Of a stretch of DNA of 64,000 nt, positions 30,576 through 43,930 are shown piece after piece. A program made the position numbers and the translations under genes. Source of the stretch: Octopus vulgaris (lineage: Eukaryota); assembly GCA_951406725.2 (NCBI GenBank), contig OX597815.1, positions 70,494,001-70,558,000 of the forward strand, written 5' to 3'. The notes under the pieces were generated by a model that made no database searches, was not told where the DNA came from, and saw only the letters and a list, made by a program, of their open reading frames with translations. The stretch's first letter is position 1, and every line of letters begins with the position of its first letter.

Positions 30576-30924
30576 TTAAATTTCCTTTATGCAGAAGGCA
30601 TTCCTGAAAAAAAAAAACTTTTCCTCTGGCTGGTAATTGTGTTTGACGATGTAAATCTTCATCTTGCTACTGTTGCACGCCATTAGCCACAAAGAATAAT
30701 CTCTAATTCGAGCCTACTCTAAGCAACTAAGAATGCGTGTGGCAACTTGAAGATCCACCCACCACTGGCGGTTGCACGAGCGCGAAAGCCGCGTTGTTAT
30801 CCTGATTCCGTAAACGGTGGCTTTTAACGGGTGTACCATCCTGTGGTACAGAGGATTCGCAATCTAGACTAGGTCTGAAAGTTTACTTCACCATAGTGGG
30901 TTACACCATGGTTCCTCTGCTTTG

Positions 30925-31122
30925 TGGCAGAAGTAGGAAGAAAGAGTGAGAGAAAGTTGTGGTGAAAGAGTACAGCGGGGTTCACCACCCCACCCCGCCG
31001 GAGCCTGGTGGAGCTTAGGCGTTTTTGCTCAATTAACACTCACAATGCCCGGTCTGGGAATCGAAACCGCGTTCTTACGACCGCGAGTCCGCTGCCCTAA
31101 CCACTGGGGCATTGCGCCTCCA
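30925..31122 (-). mobile_element. tRNA-derived SINE related to 38128-38455
   Basis: Reverse complement reads GGAGGCGCAATGCCCCAGTGGTTAGGGCAGCGGACTCGCGG..GGTTTCGATTCCCAGACCGGG. Confidence 0.8.
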
Positions 31123-31760
31123 CTGTTGCTGCTGTTGCTATTGTTGTTGTAGTGTCCAGAGTGGTGTTCTTCATAGGAACAACGTCACAACGCAATGAAC
31201 TGGCGCAGTTGTTAGAGCTTCCCATAAAACTGCTTTGCTATTTTCGTCCGACTCCTTTGCCCGGGGTTCAAGTCCTTCCTGGGCCGACTTCACTTTCACA
31301 ATTGTTAAACAATTACCAGTCCAACTCTAGCATCGATTCCCCATTCTCATTTTTATCCCCTCCCTGTCTGTCTCTCTCTGTTTGGATTCTACCAACAATT
31401 CAAAAAGGTTCGGCCCGGTCATACCAATTCAGTCTACGGGCTACATTACAAATTGCTGTGGAATACTCAGCCACTTACACGTTAAATTTCAAGATAACTT
31501 CACAAATAGAATATTGATTGGGTCGAATAACTGGCTATTCACCATCGAGGTCGACGGAGACCCACTAGTGCTTCGTCATCTCTCTGTCTTACTGCATACA
31601 TATATGTGTAAGCATGATTGTTGTGTATGTATATTTACACACACATATATATCTACATGTGTATATATATATATATCTACACACATATATATATCTACAC
31701 ATATATATATATAGATATATATATATATATATACATGTATATATATATACATGTATATAT

Positions 31761-31913
<153 letters not shown>

Positions 31914-33064
31914 CGTGTAGTAGTAGTAGTAGTAGTAGTGGTAGCAGCCGCAGCAGGAGCAGCAGCAGCGGTACCAGCTGCCGCGGCAGCTGCGTGCTTG
32001 TTTTCAATGGAGGAGTAAATAATCGGTATGGAAACAGAGGAGAAAAAAAAATGTTATAATTCAAGTTGAAAAATGCAAACCGATTCTTTTGTTACAATTC
32101 AGATATGCTGTATGTGTGTTTATGTGTGTGTGTGTGTGTGTGCGCGCGCGAATGTGCGTGCGTGTGTGTGGGTGTGTGTGTGTATGTGTACTTATGTATG
32201 TATGTCCGTATGTACGTTTGTTTTCTTTTTCTCTTTTTAATTAGAGTTACTTACGACTGACCACCTGCTTGGTAGCAAGCTTATGAAGGGAAGTATCTTC
32301 TTTTGTTTATCTTCCTTTAAATCTTAAGAAGGTCTTGCAGATATTTATTGTTCCAGATATCGTGATCTTGTCTAAATTAAGGAATTGCATTCTCCCACCA
32401 AAACAATCCGTTCAGACCGGTTGATACAAATCCTGTTGTTCCAATAATAATAGGTATGAAACTGAAAGTATATCTTGGTGTACTTTATTCCCTCCTGGCT
32501 TGCATCTTTGGTGTCAAGTACCTTCTCAGTGAACTGGTCATGTATGTATGTATGTATGTATGTATGTATGTATGTATGTATGTATGTATGTATGTATGTA
32601 TGTATGTATGTCAGGATGCTCTTAGTGCTGCTGGTAACATGTAACCGAGTACAGCCTGTCGCATGGTCGGGCCGTTAGCTACTAAACTGGAAATCTTAAC
32701 CGAAGGTGCTTGGTTTTCGTTTAGCAGCCTGCAGGACGAAAAGCAAAATCAGTCAGGGCGCGGAGCCATCCAACAGCCGGGATCGAGAGATCCCTAGTCT
32801 TTGTTTAAACATCTCTCTTGGAGAAGGAAGTTCCGAAAGAGCACCCGTGACATTGCGAAACCGAAGATCTTGCTATTGCTTGTTTCTGGATTACTTGGCT
32901 TTGTGAGAGTCTTAGCGGAGTTGTGCAAGCTGTTACGGAATTTAGATATCAGCATGGGCATTGCTGACAGCCATTGTCTTTAATATCTAGGATAGGATAA
33001 TTTGTCAGTGATGGTCATGCTTATTTACGAGTTGACAACAACCATATATTATGTATTGTAAGTA

Positions 33065-33475
33065 TGTCAACCAGTTTTATTTCAAGAACTCTTGCCAATA
33101 GAGAAAGAGCCGGTTTCTAACATAGATCCAAGGTTCCTTCATTGGAATTTCAACATCAACAGGGTATTTTTGTATGTATATGTCAGATTTGTATGTTTTG
33201 TTTAATGTATGTATTCTCATGCATATAGTTACATATCTAGACATGCTCATATATACTTAAATGATAAATTTCTGGAAAATTTTACAGATTTTACAGTTCC
33301 AGTGATGGCTTGAATTTGTTGTCTTCGATTCAGCTTTCTCCTTTTTGGTTTTGAGAAATCTAATTTCTCAAGATTGGTATTTAGGCAGTGTATTACATGT
33401 CCCAGTGGCCAAATAATTACAGGTATAAACCTGAACTTGTAATCTGGATAGAGTAATTGTAGTTGTCAGTAGTTC
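33065..33475 (-). mobile_element. 3' end of an R4-like LINE, same family as 40060-40900, next to (TACA)n
   Basis: High similarity to 40076-40500 (CCGGTTTCTAAC..AGATCCAAGGTTCCTTCA..CCCAGTGGCCAAATAATTACAG). Confidence 0.8.
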
Positions 33476-33900
33476 AGCGTATGTACGTATGTATCTACGT
33501 ATGTATGTATGTATGTATGTATGTATGTATGTATGTATGTATGTATGTATGTATGTATGTATGTAGTACAACATAAGTGCGTATTTATGTCAGTATCAAA
33601 TTGTATAATACGTTGTTGTTTGCGAATCAGTGGCGCGTTTTCCATCTTTGTGAAACCCGAAATTTCATTACTGATTTTAGAGCCCACAGTCACATAGCTA
33701 GGGTGTCCCAAGAAGCCAATAAGAGAGCCATCTCCATCAGGGGGTGGGTAGGTTTGGCTTCTTAGAAATAGCAGCTACATTTCCAAGAAATCACACCCTA
33801 TGACTCTTTACAAGGTTGACTTGGCATAGTTATTTTTCAAAGCACAATAAATATATATATACAGGGTGGACCTACTCTGAATCTATATTTAACGCAACTA

Positions 33901-33949
<49 letters not shown>

Positions 33950-33952
<3 letters not shown>

Positions 33953-34290
33953 GGTGCGATGGGTAAATTGTCACCATTTTATATTTGTAATTCGCGCATG
34001 CGTGTTGTTTGTTTTTGATTTTGTCGACTACACAATATAGTAGGGTCAGTTGGGCACCGTTTGTGAGAAAAAGAGCACCGTGACGCAATTAACTCTGCCA
34101 GAAATTTGGAAACGACATGTTGTATAGCTGGAAGCTCCAATACGAACATTTGAGTGTGTTGGATGTCAATCTGAGAACAGTGCTGAGGATTCAGACGGAG
34201 ATGGATAAATCTATTGGTGATTACGTGAGGTCGGAAAACTCACTCTGCTCGTTCTGATAAGAAAAGAACTCATGAATTTGTTGGTGGAAT

Positions 34291-34292
<2 letters not shown>
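33950..34292 (+). mobile_element. Tc1/mariner-type 5' fragment in (TA)n
   Basis: TA|CAGGGTG terminus followed by degenerate transposase-like sequence. Confidence 0.5.
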
Positions 34293-34362
<70 letters not shown>

Positions 34363-34733
34363 TTAATAAGGGTGAGAGAATTAGATACTAATTTAATAGT
34401 ATATCTATTCAACACCAAGTGGCCCAGTGCTCCGAGAAACCTGGATTATTATAATATTTTGTAATATATTATAATATTTTATACAAAAATAAATATAAGA
34501 GAGTGGTCACTATATGGCTCACTCTAGCACTAGCTAATCCAAAAGGTTTCAACCACAAAAATACTTGTTTCCCATGAAAGTCAGTACGATTGTTAGCTTA
34601 CACGAACAGGGCAAATAAAAAATAACAAAAATACAGATTATTTTGGGACAATTGTTTCGCTATTAATGAATTAAATGTAATTTTATTTACAAAAAAATCC
34701 ACTTGTAGCTCCTCAGCCAAAACTATCTGGATG

Positions 34734-34794
<61 letters not shown>

Positions 34795-34998
34795 TATACA
34801 CACATCCATACATATATATACTTTTATTTGGTTCAGTCATCTTGACTGCGGCCATGCGACGCCAGGAGTTATTCTTTGTAAGTTTAGTACTTATTCTTTC
34901 CGGCTCTTTAACCGAACCGCCAAGTTACGGGGACGTAAACACTCCAACATCGGTTGCCAAGAGATGCTAGGAGGATAAACACAGACACAAGCACACAC

Positions 34999-35047
<49 letters not shown>

Positions 35048-35050
<3 letters not shown>

Positions 35051-35187
35051 GGAGTAAACACATAACTGTGAAACAAGGTGGAAAAAAAGTGTACTCAAAT
35101 ACCAGTGGTAGAGTAATATGCTTTATTTAAAGCAGCAGAAAATTCAACAAAATCTGTTACTCTGAGTTTCACGTTGCTTTAAATAAA

Positions 35188-35188
<1 letters not shown>
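35048..35188 (-). mobile_element. PLE pseudo-LTR remnant with a partial hammerhead and a 14-bp inverted segment, in (AT)n
   Basis: Minus strand GTGAAACTCAGAGTAACAG has the same stem III as the young PLE; CTTTATTTAAAGCA (35121-35134) is inverted at 35175-35188. Confidence 0.55.
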
Positions 35189-35255
<67 letters not shown>

Positions 35256-35548
35256 GCTTGCTTACCAACCACATGGTTCCGGGTTCAGTCCCACGGCGTG
35301 ACATCTTGGACAAGTGTCTTCTACTTTAGCTTCGGGCGGTTCGGCAAAAGAGGCCGATAGAATAAGTACTAGGCTTACAAAGAATAAGTCTTGGGATCGA
35401 CTTGTTCGACTAAAACGTGGTGCTTCAGTATGGCCGCAGTCAAATGACTGAAACAAATAAGATTAAAAGAATAAAAGAATATACAGAGGGTGAGGGTGAA
35501 AGGGAGAAAGAAAGAGAGAGTGAGAGAGAGAGAGACGGGTAAAAAGAA

Positions 35549-35582
<34 letters not shown>

Positions 35583-35933
35583 TCACGTACAACACATATA
35601 GATACATATATACATCGCATGACTGTATTACGAACATTTCATACAATCCTTCCACCCCACCTACACTTGCGACCCTGTGTCTGCGCCATTAAGTGTACTT
35701 ATGAATCAAATGGAACACTGGTTCCAAATATCTCCACATTTCCTCCCACCTTAATCTCTCTCTTTCCCCACTATCTGTTTAATCTCCCGGTCTCTTTCTC
35801 TTCCTCTCTGTCTCTCTCCCCTTCCCGCTCGTCTGATCGTATGTCTATATTTAGTGTATATCTAAGTATGACTATATTTATCAAATGATACAATCTCGAT
35901 CTCTCTCACACTCTCTCCTTCTCAGCCTATCTG

Positions 35934-36060
<127 letters not shown>

Positions 36061-36174
36061 GTCTGTCTGTCTGTCTGTCTACTCCCCTTACCAACATGCC
36101 TATTTATAGTGTTATCATTTAGTGTGAGTGTGTTCTAGCGTATTGGCGTTGACCCTCCAGCGCCCTTAATTATG

Positions 36175-36238
<64 letters not shown>

Positions 36239-36243
<5 letters not shown>

Positions 36244-36630
36244 TATTATAAAAGGCAGATTTTATCTGCCTCCCTTTGGGAGTTATACAAATCTACAATA
36301 TAGGATTTCTTCAATTACAATTTACCTAGCATTTTTGAGAGTACAATGCATCGCGTCATGCCAGGTCCAGTTTTTAAAATTTAAACTCCAATTAAGCAAA
36401 ATTTACAGAAAACTCACATTCTGGTGTGTGTGTCAAATGCTTTTCTTAGTCTGGTTTACACCACACGCAAACGCACACACACAGTGGGCAACGAATAAAA
36501 TGAAAGTAAATAGCGACAGAGTGATTTGAGGAAGACTAAAGTGAAAGTATTCTGTCTATGACGCTGATAGATACAAATGTATGGGAAGCTAAGAGTCAGT
36601 GAAAATGTTCTTGGAAGAGAGTAATTAGTA
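36239..36630 (+). mobile_element. Possible non-autonomous Helitron-like element
   Basis: A|TCTCTTATTATAAAAGGCAG start resembles the 5' ends at 37376 and 42373; no clear 3' CTAG. Confidence 0.35.
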
Positions 36631-36683
36631 ATAAAGTAAACATACACTCATACATACATACATACATACATACATACACACAT

Positions 36684-36714
<31 letters not shown>

Positions 36715-36994
36715 TACACACACACACATACACACACACACACATACATACATACATATACATACATATATACATACATATACATACATACATACACACA
36801 TACACACACACACACAGTATTGAAGCTTGAGAACAATCAGATACATTTGCAACACATCTGTTGAAAATATTATTGTTCACACACATACATATACATATAT
36901 ACATACATACAGACAGACAGATAGACACACACACACACATGATCCAGCATGGCCACAACCTCAAGGCTGAAACATATAAAAGAATAACAGAATA

Positions 36995-37360
36995 TAAATG
37001 TGTGCAAAGTACAAGAAATATTAATGCAGTATATGGGGATTGGACAATAAGCGTAAGGCAGTGTCAATGGTGGTTCCAGAAATCCCGAGCCATAAACTAC
37101 AGCCTAGAAGACGAGCCTCATCCTGAAAGATCTGTAGAACTCGACAAGGACATCCTGAAAACCCTGGTGGAAAAAAATATCATCGTAACTGTTGAGGAAC
37201 TAGCAGAGAAGCTTGATTTGGTCATTCAACCATTCATTGACACCTGTGTGCTATCGGAAAAGTCAGCAAATTGGGTCAATGGGTTCCTCACGAACTTTCC
37301 GAGTCTAATTGCATGCAGAGAGTGAATGTATGCTTTTCTTTGCTGTCATATCTCACCACT
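36995..37360 (+). pseudogene. Mariner transposase N-terminal fragment
   Basis: INAVYG..CQWWFQK..SLEDEPHPERS..TVEELAEKL, then after a frameshift GKVSKLGQWVPHELS (WVPHEL motif). Confidence 0.88.
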
Positions 37361-37375
37361 ACTGCGCTATGTATA

Positions 37376-38006
37376 TCTATATATATAAAACTGTAGTTGT
37401 GTGAGTGTCTGTCCCCTTCGATTTAGATTCCTAACTACTCCCACATTTTGCGGTACAGTTTAACCAAATTCGGGTAGCTTATAGTCGTGATTCATATCGA
37501 GCCCGTCTGAATATTAGCGCGCGTCTACGATGAGTCTACGATTTTAAAAATAATTTAACATCATTTTTTATTCCATTTTAATGCATAATTTTTCGTGTGT
37601 CGATGGCGGCGGAGTTGGCGTCCACGCTCACACCTGCACCTGTGGGGAAGGGAGTGTAAGGAAATCAACGGCGTAATGCGTTGTCAAGGAGAACAGTGTT
37701 CTTTTAGAACAACGACTTCATATTGAAGACACCAAAACAGAAATGGCTAAGAAAGCGTCTACATGAGTCTACGATTTAAAAAAATTTACCATCGTTTTTT
37801 TTCCATTTTAATGCATTTTTTCGCTATTATATAAGGGAAGTAACTCTCTAAAAATGTCTACGATGAGTCATCGATTTTAAAAAAAATTTACCATCATATT
37901 TTTTCCATTTTTAATGCATTTTTTGCTATTTTTTGGCTATAACTCTCTAAAAATGCTTATATAGTTATTTCCTTACAAACCCGAGCAACGCCGGGCGATA
38001 CTGCTA

Positions 38007-38007
<1 letters not shown>
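37376..38007 (+). mobile_element. Non-autonomous Helitron
   Basis: A|TC start; 3' hairpin CCCGAGCAACGCCGGG followed by CTAG|T; three internal GAGTCTACGATTTTAAAA..TTCCATTTTAATGCAT-like subrepeats. Confidence 0.8.
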
Positions 38008-38098
<91 letters not shown>

Positions 38099-38127
38099 CA
38101 TACATTATATGTGCATGTGTGTGTGAG

Positions 38128-38455
38128 GTGCAATGGCCCAGTGGTTAGGGCAGCAGACTCGCGGTAATAGGATCGCGGTTTCGATTCCCAGACTGGGCGT
38201 TGTGAGTCTTTGTTGACCGAAAACACCTAAAGCTCCACGAGTCTCCGGCAGTGGGTGGTGGCGAACCCTGCTGTACTTTCACCACAACTTTCTCTCACTC
38301 TTCTTGTTTCTGTTGTACCCGTGTTTCAGCCTTGTCACGCTGAATCTCCCCGAGAACTACATTAAGAGTACACATGTCTGTGGAGTGCTCAGCCACTTGC
38401 ACGTTAATTTCACGAGCAGACTTGTTCCGTTGATCGGATCAACTGGAACATGACG
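38128..38455 (+). mobile_element. tRNA-derived SINE
   Basis: GGTGCAATGGCCCAGTGGTTAGGG..GCGGTTTCGATTCCCAG (A and B boxes). Confidence 0.8.
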
Positions 38456-38476
38456 ATACACACACACACACATGTA

Positions 38477-38800
<324 letters not shown>

Positions 38801-39105
38801 GTATATATATATATATATACACGCACACACATCATAAGTATTACAGTATCACGGGAACAGGGTATCGACCAGACCAGACTGTCCAATATCGTTATACACT
38901 GCTGATCACAATGCGTTTTCCAACTGTGTCTTCTTTTGAACATCACCCTGCTACCTAAGTTTTATATTAGATATGTATATGTGTATATATATATATTTAT
39001 ATATGTATGTATGCATGTATGTATGTATGTATGTATGTATGTATGTATGTATGTATGTATGTATGTATGTATGTATGTATGTATGTATGTATGTATGTAT
39101 ATGTA

Positions 39106-39151
<46 letters not shown>

Positions 39152-39459
39152 TTTATTATAAGTCTACTCCCACTTTCCCGCGTTGAGCTCTTTACGACTG
39201 TCGTGAACAGTCATATCCACGCTTACGAGTATGTTGAGTTTTACATCAAATCATGTTTGAATTACGTATACGTACATTATATGTACATACATACGTATCT
39301 ATCATTATGTATCATTGTATTTATCTATCAATCTAAGTCGCTTGATATGTGTCTGCCTACCTCTATATTTGTCTAAATTTATCGCTGTCTGTGCACACAC
39401 ACACACACACACACACACCCCCACACACACACACACACACTCACACACACTCACACTCA

Positions 39460-39518
<59 letters not shown>

Positions 39519-39823
39519 TTGCCTCATCTTTGTTTTCCCTCCTTCCATCTTGCTTCATCTACGTTCTCTTTCCCTACACTACACCTCTTTAGCATCCTGT
39601 TCCTCGCTCCATGGACTTGCAATCTTTATAGTCCGATGAATATATTGTATTTTTGGCTTTCTTTTTCCCTCTTCATGTATTTATTTATTTATTTATTTAT
39701 TGGAGAAATAAATAGTCGGGAGGAGTAGCAGTTCTGAATAAATTTTTTTCACAGTATATGTAACCACATACATCTAGACCAAATTACATCGCATATACAA
39801 TACATACATACATATATACATAC

Positions 39824-39988
<165 letters not shown>

Positions 39989-40059
39989 GTATGTATGTAT
40001 GTATATGTATGTATGTATATGTGTGTATGTGTACACATACACACATGCACACACGAATG

Positions 40060-40900
40060 TATATATGTCATTATTCAGTTTATTTCAAGATTTCTTGCCA
40101 ATAAAAAACCGGTTTCTAACCTAGATCCAAGGTTCCTTCACTGGAATTTCAACATTAACAATAGGGCATTTTTGTCTGTCTGTCTGTCTGTCTGTATGTA
40201 TGTATGTATGTATGTATGTATGTATGTGCAGATTTGTATGCTTTATGTATGTATTCTCATGCATATAGTTACATATCTAGACATGCTCATATATATTTAA
40301 ATGATAAACTTCTGGAAAGTTTTACAGATTTTTATAGTTCCAGTGATGGATTGGATTTGTAGTTTTCGAATAAGCTTTCTCCTATCTGGTTTTGAGAAGC
40401 CTTATTTCTCAAGGTTAGTATTTAGGCAGTATGTTACATATCCCAGTGGCCAAATAATTACAGCTATAAACCCGAACTTGTAATCTGGATAGAGTAACTG
40501 CAGATTTTTCAATAGCTCAGCATAGGTGTTCTCTTTTTCACTGATCTTCAGATTTATGTTAACATCCGCTGGGCAGCTAATTTCCACAACTCTGCACAGT
40601 TTCTCTTCTCTATCCCAAATCATTATATCAGGTCTATTGTGCTTACATTTTATTGAGGTCTTCACATGTATATTACACCAGTATTCCTTTTTATTATGAG
40701 TGGCTATGACTTCTACCATATTGCGGGGTTTCATTTCGTTGTCCTCGGGATTATCCTTCCGATGGATCTCATTATAGAGTGTCCTAGGTACAACGTCATG
40801 TCTCATCGGTAGAGAATACCGTGATGACATTTTCGGACAACTGCTTATGATGTGGGTGATACCTTCAGTGTGAACTCCACAAAGTCTGCATCGGTTGTTA
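40060..40900 (-). mobile_element. R4-like LINE 3' part (CCHC + RLE), 5' end abutting (TACA)n
   Basis: CRLCGVHTEGITHIISSC..MRHD..HNRPDIMIWD..VVEISCP..KENTY. Confidence 0.88.
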
Positions 40901-41271
40901 CATGTATGTATGTATGTATGTATGTATGTATGTATGTATGTATGTATGTATGTATGTATGCATGCATGCATGCATGCATGCATGCATGTATGTATGTATG
41001 TATGTATGTATGTCTGTCTGTCTGTATGTATGTATGTATGTATGTATGTATGTATGTATGTATGTATGTATGTATGTATGTATGTATGCATGTATGTATA
41101 TGTATGTATGTATATGTTTTTCTTTTTCTTCATCTGCTTTCTTTACTAGTTCTTTTCTGTAGAAAAGTGCAAGCTCGAAAGGTCAAAATCTCTTCCACTT
41201 TTTCAGAGCGTCAAAATAATACACCCTGTTCTCTCACCTATTTCTGTCTTTTCGTATTGTACAATTTCGAA

Positions 41272-41382
<111 letters not shown>

Positions 41383-41444
41383 CAGACAGACAGACAGGCA
41401 GAGACAGAGAGAGAGAGAGAGAAGCAGACAGACAGATAGACGTA

Positions 41445-41499
<55 letters not shown>

Positions 41500-42152
41500 G
41501 CACACATACTCATATACACACATACATACATATACATGCATGCATGCATACACACACACACACATTTATATATGTATGTGTATTTCCTGTCTGTCTCTCC
41601 CTATATGTATATGTGTGCGTGTGTGTGTCAGTGTGTGTGTGTGCGCGTGTGTGTGTGTGCGTGTGTGCATGTATATGTGTGTGTGCGTACGTGTGTTTGT
41701 GTTGTGTATGTATGTAGGTATATTAAAACGCAAATTAACCTAGAAGCACCTCCGCGTATGTTTAATTAAAGAAATTCCTCCGCAAATAAGTATTCTCAGT
41801 AATTCGTCTCGTCAAACCAGCAACGTTTAAACAGTTAAACAGTTGTTCAATGGTTCCGGGTATCCTGCTGATCCGTGTATGTATCAAGCATATGGTTGGT
41901 ATATTTTACGCGGTGTAATGTTTAGTAAACGAAAATGAAAACAAATGGATAGTTCAAAACATCACAAAACGTGTTTCACTAGCGTGGTTTATTACAAATA
42001 CGATTTTCATTGTGAAACTTAATAGTTAAAGGTTACGTAAATTTCGTATTGTTACATAACCACCCATTCCTTCAGGCGATATTCTGTCGGATATTTTCAG
42101 GTGATACCCCCAAATATGTTGGGTTTATATTAATCAATATATATATAGAGAA

Positions 42153-42360
42153 GGGCGACGAGCTAGCAGAATCCACAGCATGTCGGGTAGGATGCTTAGC
42201 GGCAGTTTGTCAGTTTTTACGTTCTGAATTCAAACATCGCTGACCTGTACTTTGCTTTTTATCCTTTCGGGCTCGATAGAATAAGTACCAGTTGAACACT
42301 GGGGTCGATGTAATCGATTTACCCCTTTACTTGCAGGTCTTATGCCAAAGTTTGGAATCA
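42153..42360 (+). mobile_element. tRNA-derived SINE
   Basis: GGCGACGAGCTAGCAGAA..GTTCTGAATTCAAA..ATAAGTACCAGTTGAACACTGGGGTCG. Confidence 0.8.
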
Positions 42361-42372
42361 TTAATTGATTTA

Positions 42373-43142
42373 TCTCTCTCTATATAAACGGCAGTTTGTC
42401 TGTGCGTGTTTCTGTGTGTCTGTTTTCTCGTACCCTCACTCTGACCACGGCTTTCAACCGATTCTGATGAAACTTGACACACACATAGCCCAATGTCATA
42501 ATTCAAAACTAACGCAGCGAAAATTTTGAAAAGTTCCCCCAGTTCTGAAAAAAAATCGATAAATTCGACATGGGGTCGAGAATGAGAAACCCAAACCACA
42601 GACCGTCTAGGGGACGCAACTCCACCTGTTTTAACTCTCAAAAAAAATTTACCATCATTTTTTTCCCATTTTTTTGCTATTTTTTGGCTATAACTCTCTA
42701 AAAATGCTTTATAGTTATTTCCCTTACAAACCTGAGCAACGCCGGGCGATACTGCTATCTCTCTCTATATAAACGGCAGTTTGTCTGTGCGTGTTTCTGT
42801 GTGTCTGTTTTCTCGTACCCTCACTCTGACCACGGCTTTCAACCGATTCTGATGAAACTTGACACACACATAGCCCAATGTCATAATTCAAAACTAACGC
42901 AGCGAAAATTTTGAAAAGTTCTCCCAGTTCTGAAAAAATCGATAAATTCGACATGGGGTCGAGAATGAGAAACCCAAACCACAGACCGTCTAGGGGACGC
43001 AACTCCACCTGTTTTAACTCTCAAAAAAAATTTACCATCATTTTTTTTTCCATTTTTTTGCTATTTTTTGGCTATAACTCTCTAAAAATGCTTTATAGTT
43101 ATTTCCCTTACAAACCTGAGCAACGCCGGGCGATACTGCTAG
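42373..43142 (+). mobile_element. Two head-to-tail non-autonomous Helitrons (42373-42757 and 42758-43142)
   Basis: Near-identical 385-bp units; A|TC start; 3' CCTGAGCAACGCCGGG hairpin followed by CTAG|T; 3' end shared with 37376-38007. Confidence 0.85.
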
Positions 43143-43672
43143 TATACAAATAAGGCGGCTAGTTGGCAGAATCTTTAGCACGTAGGACAAAATATTTCAC
43201 AACATTTCTTAATTCAAATTACGCCAAGGTCGACTATATTTTCCATTCTTTTGGGAGTCGATAAAATAAGTACTAGCCAAGTTGACTGACCTTCTCTTGC
43301 AGAATTGTTGGCTTTGTGCCAATAATAGAAAGAATTATTTAAATAATTAATTTATATATATAATAGGGAGTGTGTATTTAAGAAACTCGCTTTGCAATCA
43401 CATAATTTCGGGTTTAGTTCCATTGCGCAGCACTTTGAGTAAGTATCTTTTATTTTTGCCCCGGTCTAACCAATGCCTAGTGAGTAAAACTGTGGAAGCA
43501 CGTCGTACATTTTATATATATGTATATTCCGGTTTCTTTTGGGTAACCTCTGGTATATATATATATATATATATTGATAAAACGGTAAGATAACAAAAGA
43601 AAGAAAGAGACCTCAATATTATGTAAATAGAGGAAATTTATCTATACAATATGTTACATTACTCGGTAGTCA

Positions 43673-43735
43673 AGATAAAACTCTGAGTTTCAGATGCCGA
43701 AGTGGAAATCCACAACACCATCTCTTCGGTTATCT
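43673..43735 (-). ncRNA. Hammerhead-like motif of PLE copy A
   Basis: Exact reverse complement of 46924-46986. Confidence 0.6.
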
Positions 43736-43930
43736 GGCTATTTGAAAACGTTATGAAAAAATACCGTTAAAAATGAAGGGAAATTACTCTGTTATAACTC
43801 TGCTTTGCCTGCGTACTTATACATCGCTCGCATTTTTCGTCATAAAAATTATATAAAAATACATAAAAAATATATAAAAATATATAAAAATATATAAAAT
43901 CTTCTTGGGACATAACACAGAAAGCATGTT

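Noticed and set aside
38128-38210. tRNA gene
   Set aside because: A/B boxes run into a repeated SINE body, with no acceptor stem or terminator
42464-42475. CTGATGAAAC as a hammerhead (also at 42849)
   Set aside because: No stem II between CTGATGA and GAAA; it is internal Helitron sequence
43526-43555. A mariner TIR making the PLE array cargo of a composite DNA transposon
   Set aside because: This copy and the one at 52248 point outward from the array; it is an exact 30-bp copy of one flank, and the mariner has its own partner TIR at 53413-53442
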